Below, piece by piece: positions 1 through 8,235 of a stretch of 32,000 nucleotides of DNA. A program made the position numbers and the translations under genes. The notes under the pieces are model-generated. The model made no database searches and was not told where the DNA came from. It saw nothing but the letters and a program-made list of their open reading frames with translations. The DNA is from Candidatus Saccharimonadota bacterium (GTDB lineage Bacteria > Patescibacteriota > Gracilibacteria > BD1-5 > UBA2023), in NCBI GenBank assembly GCA_042852035.1, contig BAAFHK010000003.1, positions 150,001-182,000 on the forward strand, given 5' to 3'. Each line of letters begins with the position of its first letter. The stretch's first letter is position 1.

Positions 1-492
1 TTCCCTCAGTTCATTGCTCAAGATGGAACTATATGGACTATTCGCTCTATAAAAGGAACAAACGCTTCCAATACACAGATTGAAATCGGACCTCTTGGAA
101 AGCCATCAGTAGCTCGGAGAGCGACTCAACAAGAATTTGTAGAGGGACTCAATAGAAATATTTTAGACCTTACAGTTACCGATACTTTAACACGACTAGA
201 AAAGATAAAAAAGTGACTCAGTGAACTCAAAAGTCCAAACCTAGAAGCAGTCAAAAAATGGGCAAAAGAAAATAAAGGAATCCTTATTGCATGAGGTGTT
301 GTCATAACTCTTGCTGGATGAGCAGCTTACTTAATTGGTATAAATGGGCGCGGTGAGGTCCAAGTAGTACCTGCAGATAATTGAGCTGCTACTATGGATG
401 ATGCTGTCGATGGAGCCGTGGGAAGCACTATTCCTCGAGCTGCTACTATGGATGATGACTCTGCTGCAGCTTGAGCTGCTACTATGGATTAG
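1..492 (+). CDS. hypothetical membrane-anchored protein (5' end outside window) with a C-terminal (G/R)AATMD x3 tail
   Basis: Frame 1 has no TAA/TAG from nt 1 to TAG 490-492. Five in-frame TGA are read as Gly, two of them inside a predicted TM helix (GILIAGGVVITLAGGAAYLIGI). No family recognised. Confidence 0.5.
383..489 (+). repeat. three exact copies of the 17-nt coding repeat gagctgctactatggat (383-399, 437-453, 473-489)
   Basis: The exact string recurs three times in the last ~110 nt of the CDS, each time encoding (G/R)AATMD. Copies 1 and 2 extend to ...gatgatg. Confidence 0.85.
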
Positions 493-513
493 TACTAACC
501 CTTTGAATTAATT

Positions 514-541
514 TTGACATAATTATAAATTATATTATAAT
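514..541 (+). promoter_or_regulatory. sigma70-like promoter candidate: TTGACA (514-519), 16-nt spacer, TATAAT (536-541)
   Basis: Both consensus hexamers are exact and lie ~30 nt upstream of the ATG at 571. TATAAT-like strings are common in this AT-rich spacer, but TTGACA is not. Confidence 0.45.
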
Positions 542-570
542 TATAAAAATTACTCTTTAATTATTTATAT

Positions 571-1716
571 ATGAAAAAAATAATTGGTCTTGGTGGTGTT
601 ACTGAAAGATTTCCCACTGGTCGAAATGTTGCCCAACAAGAACTCTGAGTAGCAGCATACCGATTTGAAGAGTCTGCCAAGGCGAAATGAATTGATTGAA
701 TATCAGGATTTGAAGAGCTCAAGAAAAAAATTGAAGAGCTCACAAAGGAAATAAGCGAACTCCAAGGTGAACTCTGAACTCTCCGGGAGAATCGAGAGAA
801 AATACTGACTCTCAAGCAAAGAATGGTGGAAGCATTTCAATTTTTTATAGAAAGGTCTTTAACTATAGGAAAGGGGGCTCTCACGATAGCTCGACTGGTT
901 GATCCAACGATACCCACTCGTACAGTAGAAGCTGATCTTAAAAAACGAATTTCAAGCGCGGAATTTCGATGAAGCCTCATTGAATTTGTAGAGAAAATGA
1001 CCGATGCTACTTTCCAAAAAATTTCTAAAGCCGTAAAAGAATCTCAATCTACAGATTTAGCAAGTGATTTCTGAGTATTTGAACAGAATCGAACCTATTT
1101 TGCGTCGAGAAAAGATGAACTGGATACCATTGAGGCTGATATTAAGGCAAAGGATGGAGAAATACAAGATGCTAAAGTAAGAAAATCAACTGTGGAAGGA
1201 ACTTATAACGAACTCAAGCCCCTCTACGATACACTCAAACAGAAAGAGTGATCTGCAAATCTTCGAACATGAGCCTCTCGTACCCTCGCCATAACTCTAT
1301 GAGGAGTAGCTACAGCTTTAGCGCTTTCTACTACTGGGGCCCCAGAAAAAGCTCCACAAATATCAGGAGGAGGACAGACTGTAGCATGAGCAAGAAATAC
1401 GGCTCCTTCTGTAGGGCAGCCAAATGCCTGACATCAAGTTGTTCTCAGTGGAAATCTACTACAAATCTCACCTAATACATGAGGAGTCAATAATGCATTT
1501 CCATGAAAAAATGGAAAATACCAAGTGGAAATAAATGGTGACATTACTACCTGAGCAAGTGGAACACTTACCTACAGGATTGGATCTTCTCCCAAAGCAA
1601 GCATGCCAATAACTCTTAAAGAGGGTTTGAATATGCTCACCACGCCTACTGGCGAAAGACTCAGTATTGTCATCGTGAGAAGTTGAAATGGAGCATCTTT
1701 ATCAGTTCTTGACTAA
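571..1716 (+). CDS. hypothetical coiled-coil protein with one predicted TM segment and a C-terminal beta-rich domain
   Basis: ATG 571 to TAA 1714-1716 gives 1146 nt free of TAA/TAG in an AT-rich background. It contains 15 in-frame TGA. Features are a K/E/L-rich heptad-like N-terminal half, a TM-like segment ASRTLAITLGGVATALALSTTGA, and then a G/T/S-rich tail. No family recognised. Confidence 0.55.
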
Positions 1717-1722
1717 GAAAAG

Positions 1723-2625
1723 CTATTTTTTTGGAAAAACTTTATTGAGAACCCTCTCGTCCTTTCTCCAATTCCTCGCTACCTTCACTCGAAGGGCGAG
1801 GAATATTTTTTTTCAGAAAATTTCTTCAAGAATTATTCTTGATTTTAACCCGATTTCTCCGATTTTTTTCCCTCATTTCCCTATGACAATAACTTTCTGT
1901 GATTCTGTTTCAACATTTATATAAGCCTGAATAGAAAGCATTGGATGTGGCTTATCGGGGGTACCTCATTTTTCCTCGATTTGAGTTACTTGCACAAAAC
2001 AAGCATAAGGAACTTCTTCACCAAGTTCAAGGAAAAGTTGCTCACGAATGACCTCAGTGATTCGAAGATCCATCGACTGATCAGTATAATATTCCGGAGG
2101 ATAGAGAAAATCACCCTCAGGCAAAAATTCAAATATTTTTTCTAACAGAGCGCCGAATCCAGCCCTAGTTGTTGAATCAATACGAATATCGACTCACTTT
2201 TGAGGGTAGCTTTTATTCTCGAGGTCTTGTTTTGTCTCGATGCGAATGATGGGTTTTCCGATTTCTTCAAGAAGGGAATCAATTTTTTCATCCTCACTTC
2301 CATAGGCTCGAGTCGGATCAAGAAGACGAAGAACTATGTCAGCCTGATGAAGGGAGGCAAATGCTTCTGAATTTATTCGTTCATGGATATCATGTGATTT
2401 TTGACTCCCAAACTGCTCTTTCGTGAATTCGTGAACTCATGGAGTATCAAGAAATACCATTTGATAGCCTCTTGATTCATCCGTAAGAATACCTGGAATA
2501 GTTCTCTGTGTAGTTTGTGGACGATGTGATATAGCACTTACTTTTTCACCAATTAAGGCATTTAAAAGTGTTGATTTTCCTGCATTTGGTCGACCAACGA
2601 TGGTAATGTATCAGGTTTTTGGCAT
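1723..2625 (-). CDS. era: GTPase Era
   Basis: N-terminus [40 protein letters not shown] carries G1 and G2. The G3 motif is FLDTPG with its Gly encoded by TGA. The C-terminus ...[19 protein letters not shown] resembles an Era KH domain. 300 aa, starts 6 nt after the ispH stop. Confidence 0.9.
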
Positions 2626-2631
2626 AGTATT

Positions 2632-3558
2632 TTAAAGGTTTACTGTGATTATTGAGGAAAACTCTACTTTCTCTTCTGCTATTTTTAGTTCAGAGTGATA
2701 TATTCATCCTAAAGTTTCGAGTCCTTCGATAACTCATTGAACAAGTTCCTCTGGCCCTGAAGCTCATGCAGTTACTCCAACATTTTTTGCATATTTAAGC
2801 CAAGCCTGATCAAGTTCTCCAACATGATCAATTAGATAAGACGTCTTGCCAAGTGACTCAGCCACTTGCTTGAGTTTATTTGAATTTGAACTATTTTTTG
2901 ACCCCACTACGATTATGATGTCACATGTATCTGCAAGTGCTTTTACTGCATTTTGTCGATTTGTGGTAGCATAGCATATATCAGAGCTATTAGGGAGGGT
3001 AATATGAGGAAATCGGAGTTTTGCCTCCTTTATGATATTCTCTGTCTCATCAACCGAGAGAGTAGTTTGAGTAAGGAGAACAAGTGGACTTTCAATATTG
3101 ACCTCTTTGAGGTCATCTTTATCTTCAATCAGTGTGATATGGTCCTTTCATTCATCGATTACACCTATTGCTTCTTGGTGTCATTTCTTTCAAACATAGA
3201 GAATGTGGTATCCGTCTTTTATAAATTTTCTGGCCTCCTTATGGACTTTATCAACGAGAGGACATGTGGCATCAATCCATCGCATTTTTCGAACTCGAAG
3301 TTTTGCAAAAAATGATGGCCCCGCCCCGTGAGCAGATACAACAACAAGGCTTCAATCTGGAATCTTATCTAGATTACTCTCGAAAATGACTCCCTTGCGC
3401 TCAAACATATCAACAACAAAACGGTTGTGAATAATCTCGTGATTCACATACACTGGGGGAGGAAACTCGTTTATAATCTCTGCGAGCATGCTTATTGCTC
3501 GATGAACCCCGGCACAATATCACCTCGGAAATGCTGTATAAATAAGAAATTGATTCAC
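2632..3558 (-). CDS. ispH: 4-hydroxy-3-methylbut-2-enyl diphosphate reductase (IspH/LytB)
   Basis: Family motifs are present: PRG(TGA)YCAGVHRAI, HEIIHN, SAHG, DATCPLVDKVH, LTQTTLS, ICYATTNRQ, VVGSKNSSNSNKL and TAG(TGA)ASGPE. GTG start at 3558, with an in-frame TAA just upstream. 308 aa. Confidence 0.9.
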
Positions 3559-3571
3559 GAATTTAAAATTA

Positions 3572-3877
3572 TTATTGTAATTCTTTATTTGCTCCATCAT
3601 CTTGGGATTTTTTCTTCGATTCGCGATTTTTCCAGTCATTTACTTTTTTCCTAAGTATCTCTGAGGCCTTTATCGGATTCATCCCAACTTGTATATCGTT
3701 ATCAAAAATAACAGTGGGTCACTCTTGGCAACGATTTTGACAGTGACAATCCTCAATAACAAGCTCATCAGGGTACCCATAAAATGCGGTATCAGCGAGA
3801 AGTCTTTTTTTTATAAAAGAAGAAAATCTTTCTGAACAGGATTTTCCCTGACAGACCTTTATAACTTTTGTTTGCAT
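3572..3877 (-). CDS. thioredoxin-like [2Fe-2S] ferredoxin-type small protein
   Basis: The 101-aa product is MQTKVIKVCQGKSCSERF...IEDCHCQNRCQEGPTVIFDND. Its C-x4-C ... C-x3-C(..GP.V) spacing is typical of NuoE-like/thioredoxin-like 2Fe-2S ferredoxins. The stop lies 13 nt before the ispH start. Confidence 0.55.
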
Positions 3878-3979
3878 AGAGGGATTATAGGGAAAATATG
3901 AGAGAAATCAAAGTGAGTCGTGTACGAATGATTTATGTAAGAATTATATCTCAGGAATAATCTTTTAGATTTCTCAAGC

Positions 3980-4594
3980 CTATAAAAGTCTTCAGAGAAT
4001 ATTTGTTCGAATATTCTCATAATCTGTTGATATTATCATCAAATGATTCATGATTTCTCACTCAAGTAGCATTTGTTCTGCGGTCTTTGTATCAATTCCA
4101 TGAGATTCAAGGTAAAAAAGTTTTTCCCCTGATATTTCATGCACCTTGCAAGAATGTCATCATTCGATACTATCGGTCCCAACTTCAAGTACAGGTCTCC
4201 CTCGAACTTTTGCACCTTTTCCAAGAAGAATATTCGTCTGATCAACTCTGAGTTTTACTCATTCGCACCCATTTTTTACGATTCATATTCCATCAATCTC
4301 AATGTTTGATCATCATTTCGCCAATCAAAGGAGCTGAAGAGAGGCTTCGGAATTTGATCATTGTATTGAAACGAACATTTTTAGAACCATATTTGCTCAT
4401 AATACAATAGCCCCTCATCGGAATACGGCTCACTCCTCCAGACAAAAATGACGCTCATACACACCCTCAACCTCTGGGACAAATAGATATTTCTGACATT
4501 CGTTTTTCCCGATATTGAAGGATAAACTTGATACATCTCACCTATCGAAAATATGTGGAAGATGATGGACGATTTTTGGGTTATCACATTGCAT
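3980..4594 (-). CDS. sufD: SufD-like Fe-S cluster assembly protein (short form, 204 aa)
   Basis: The C-terminal half reads ...VDQTNILLGKGAKVRGRPVLEVGTDSIEGGHSCKVHEISGEKLFYLESHGIDTKTAEQMLLEGEI. This matches the SufB/SufD beta-helix signature (Q.N.LL...A.....P.LEI..DDV.C.HG......E.LFYL.SRGI....A..ML). A full-length SufB lies elsewhere in the window, so this is the D-type partner. The start at ATG 4594 is uncertain. Confidence 0.6.
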
Positions 4595-4616
4595 ATGGCG
4601 AAGTATAGACAGAGAA

Positions 4617-4666
4617 GGGAAAATGGCAAAAGGAAATCTTTGGGAAAATGGCAAAAGGAAATCTTT
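4617..4666. repeat. perfect 25-bp tandem duplication gggaaaatggcaaaaggaaatcttt x2 (4617-4641, 4642-4666), plus a degenerate third copy to ~4686
   Basis: The repeat was read directly from the sequence. It sits in the 114-bp divergent spacer between the sufD-like start (4594, -) and the ATPase start (4709, +). The unit length is not a multiple of 3. Confidence 0.9.
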
Positions 4667-4693
4667 GGAAAAATAGAAGAAATTTGATATTAT
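4665..4693 (+). promoter_or_regulatory. sigma70-like promoter candidate: TTGGAA (4665-4670), 17-nt spacer, TATTAT (4688-4693)
   Basis: The -35-like hexamer is formed by the 3' end of repeat copy 2, and copy 1 carries the related ttggga. An AAGGA string lies 6 nt before ATG 4709. Confidence 0.3.
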
Positions 4694-4708
4694 ACACAAA
4701 AGGAATAC

Positions 4709-7129
4709 ATGTCCCATAATCATCACTACATTACCTACGAAGTTGCTGTCGATCGAGCCAATGAAAAATGAGTATTTGTCGCTCGCGAAATGCTCTCCAC
4801 TCTTCATCATGCCGTTGAACATATACGTCCATGGTGGAAAATATGGGAAAAGAAAATTCACCCTGTATTTCGTTTTGAAATAGTTTCATCAGGAGGGCAG
4901 ATCCATTTTTATTTCACTGCAGAAAAATCATTTTCTTCATTTCTTACGAGTCAACTCTATGCTCATTATAGTGACATTGAGCTACTTGAAGTAGAAAATA
5001 GAGCATTCCCCCTATGACCATTTCGTACTCGAGAAATACAGATTTCTCACCACTCACTTGAGAGTATTAAGTTTTATGTAAATCTTAAAGATCGAACTGA
5101 AAAAGAATCTGTCGACCCACTTTCTTCACTCACGAGCGCACTTTCAAAAACTCCAAAAGATGAATATGGAGCATATATTATTGATTTTGGACCTGTAGAA
5201 GATCGGATATGGAGATACGAATCTCATCGAATAATATGGGATTCTCACATCATCCCTTCCTTTGCAAAAATGCACCTTCTGCATTTATGGTCATGGATTG
5301 GGTGGATGTTTCTTCCACTAAGTTGGTCACGGAAGATTATAGATTTTCTTTCCCCCGGGGAAGATGATGGTCATAACTCTCATGATGAGCACGATAAACC
5401 CACAAAAGTAGAAACAAAATCTGAGGGTTATGGATACCAAGTGCAAATACGGGTAATCAAAGATCAAAAGAACACTCTTCAAGACGAAGTTCTCCTCAAA
5501 GAGTTTGCGGGTGGGATGAATATTTTTGCCAACCCAAAAGGAAACCATTTCGAAATGAAGCGATCGAAATCAATCGACACTATCCCAACACTGAGAAAGC
5601 TTCCAACAAAATCCATGATTCTCTCATCAACAGAGCTCGCTGGACTTGTTCATATGCCAACACTCTATGTAAAAACTCCTGGAATTCGTTGGGTAACTAC
5701 AAGAAAATTTGAACCCCCTCATAATCTGCCAAGCGTTGAATCTCCAAATACACCTATCGGAATGGCAAATTACCGAGGAAGTTTAGAGTGATTCTGACTT
5801 AAGCCCATTGATCGTGCTCGACATGTCTATATCATAGGAAAAACTGGGATGGGAAAATCAACCCTTCTTGAGAATATGATCTATACGGACATTTTAAATG
5901 GACGTTGAGTAGCCGTTATCGATCCACATGGCGATCTTGTCGAAACGATACTGGCAAATATTCCCAAGTCTCGTACGAATGATATTGTTCTTTTTGATCC
6001 TGCCGACCAAGAATATCCGATTGCATTCAACATGCTTGAAAACTCGAGACCAGAGCTTCGACCCATTGTTGCCTGAGGACTTGTGTCGATATTTAAGAAA
6101 ATGTTTGCTGAAAGTTGGGGACCCCGACTTGAGTATATTTTACGAAACACAATTCTCACTCTTCTTCTGATTCCAGACACAACAATGATATCTATTCCTC
6201 TCATGCTTACCCATGAGGCGTATCGAAGAAAGGTGGTATCGAAGATTGATGATCCGATTCTGGTTCAATTCTGGAATGAAGAGTTCGCTAAGATGAGCCC
6301 GAGCATGCAGAGTGAATCAATTAATCCAATTCTCAACAAGGTGGGCCAATTTCTCTCTTCTCCCATACTTCGAAATATTCTCTGACAACCAAAAAATCCC
6401 TTTTCTCTACGTTGGATAATGGATAACTGAAAGATTTTTTTAGTGAATCTCTCAAAATGAAGAATTGGCGAAGATGCAAGCGCCCTACTTGGTGCAATGA
6501 TGGTAACAAAATTTCAGATAGAGGCAATGACCCGAGCTGATATTCCCGAAGATCAAAGAAGAGATTTTGGACTCTATGTCGACGAATTCCAGAACTTTGC
6601 CACCGACTCATTCGCCACGATTCTCTCAGAAGCGAGAAAATACAAGCTCTCACTTACGATGGCGAACCAATATGTCGAACAAATGGCAGAAACCGTACAG
6701 GGTGCGGTTTTCGGGAATGTTGGATCGCTTATTGCATTTCAGGTTGGGTACCACGATGCTGTTACTTTTGCGGAAGTTTTTGGTGGCGAAGATGTCATAA
6801 CTCCTCAGGATCTTACGAATCTTAAAAAATATGATATTTATACAAAACTTCTTATTGATGGTATGCCCTCACCCGTCTTCTCGGCTACAACGTATGCACC
6901 TCTGAGAGAGCGCATAGAAGTTCCACCCCAACAGACTCGCGACGTACTCCAGAAAGTTTCTCGTGAAAAATATACAAAGAAAAAGGATTTCGTAGAGAAA
7001 AAGATCTTTGAAAATGTAACAAAAATTCGTGAAGAAGAAAAAAAATTCCGTGAAGAACAAGAAGCTTATAAGGAAAAAAAGAAAGAGGAACGAGAGAGGG
7101 AAAAAAAGAAAGAAAAAGAAAGTAATTAA
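4709..7129 (+). CDS. VirD4/TraD/TraG-family (T4SS coupling-protein-like) P-loop NTPase, paralogue 1, with an uncharacterised ~340-aa N-terminal domain and a K/E-rich tail
   Basis: The 806-aa product is rebuilt from 5 same-frame ORF fragments joined by 9 TGA codons. Motifs are Walker A HVYIIGKTGMGKST, VIDPHGDL, Walker B-like FGLYVDEFQNF, and EARKYKLSLTMANQY (TraG-D_C-like). The C-terminal tail is KIREEEKKFREEQEAYKEKKKEEREREKKKEKESN. Without an HMM search I cannot exclude a VirB4/HerA-type assignment. Confidence 0.8.
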
Positions 7130-7218
7130 AGCTACTGCTGATAAGCTAAAATATCTCATGACACTGAATTTTGCTTTTTCTAAAATATAGAGTAAAGTAC
7201 GTTTATTAACCTCAGTAT

Positions 7219-8190
7219 ATGCTACGACTTCTTGCTCTCTTCGGAATACTTCTTCTTCCATTTTCTCTCTTTGCAGCAAATCAAGGAGATCCAAATCTAC
7301 GAAATCCTGCGAATGTTAAAGTTGATGGGAATATTAATGATGATTTGGCAACATTTTGAGCTCTAAACAATATATTTGATTTCTTTATTAGTCCGACATT
7401 CTCGGGTGATGCCGTCGAAAATTCATTTGTAAATATTGCCTGAGCCATAAAAAACTTCTTTATTCTTATAGCGGTTATTTTTCTTATTGTCGGAATCGTA
7501 AAACTCCTCTTTCGTAGTGGTGAGGAAGAAGATATGAAAAAATGGAGGCATAATATTATCTATGTATCTGTAGGTATTTTTGTTATGCAAATAGGCTACT
7601 CTGTATGGAAAACTCTCTATTTGAATACAAACTATTCATGACTTTTTGTAGACGGAAGGGTCGGATGGCTCTTTTGGAATAATATTCTCCTTCCCATCGT
7701 AAATATTATGTTTGTCCTCGCATCACTTGGATTCCTTGCGATGGCAGTATACGCCTTTTATATGCTTGTAACTGCGAATGGAAATGATGAAAAAGCAAAA
7801 AAATGAAAGAATGTTGTTCTTTATGCTATAGTTTGATTTCTTCTTATCCGAGTACCTATACTTTTTGTCCCCGCTATATACGGTGAACCTGACAATAATT
7901 GTAAAAATGTTGGATGGATGAACGTTTGAACTTGTGCTCTCACAAGCAAAAATCTTCCAGATGGAGTTAATATTTTTGGGAAGATCCTTACGTATGTTTC
8001 TACTTTTCTCGCACTTATAGCCGTTGTACTCGTGATATATGCTGGTTGGCTTATATTTAGCTCTGGAGGAGATGAAGAAAAACTCAAAAAGGCTAAATCA
8101 GTCCTTCTCTATGTTGTTATTGGTTTTGTTGCCCTTATTGCAAGTCACGTAGTATTTCGATTTTTCTTCCTTGGAACAGCAGGAGCATAG
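7219..8190 (+). CDS. membrane protein built from three tandem T4SS-pilin (VirB2/TrbC-like) helical-hairpin modules, with an N-terminal signal peptide
   Basis: 323 aa with signal-like MLRLLALFGILLLPFSLFAANQ. The unit 'hydrophobic helix - S/T/N-G-x-D/E-E-K..KK - hydrophobic helix' occurs three times: ...IFLIVGIVKLLFRSGEEEDMKKWRHNIIYVSVGIF, ...AVYAFYMLVTANGNDEKAKKGKNVVLYAIVGFLLI and ...VLVIYAGWLIFSSGGDEEKLKKAKSVLLYVVIGFVAL. The third copy is closest to the CPR T4SS_pilin pattern. Confidence 0.6.
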
Positions 8191-8235
8191 GCGCTTTTCT
8201 TTGCTTTTTTTCAACCCTTTCGATATAATAATCAC

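Noticed and set aside
4595-4861. A longer N-terminal extension of the sufD-like gene (track ORF 4538..4861, and the frame stays open further under code 25).
   Set aside because: The extension would read through the out-of-frame 25-bp tandem duplication. It would run antisense across the first ~150 nt of ATPase-1, and its sequence (F/L/I-rich) is not SufD-like. ATG 4594 is preferred.
6869-7294. 141-aa minus-strand ORF rich in F/L/S.
   Set aside because: It is the mirror image of the K/E-rich (AAG/GAA) tail of ATPase-1 and the following spacer, so it is a low-complexity antisense artefact.
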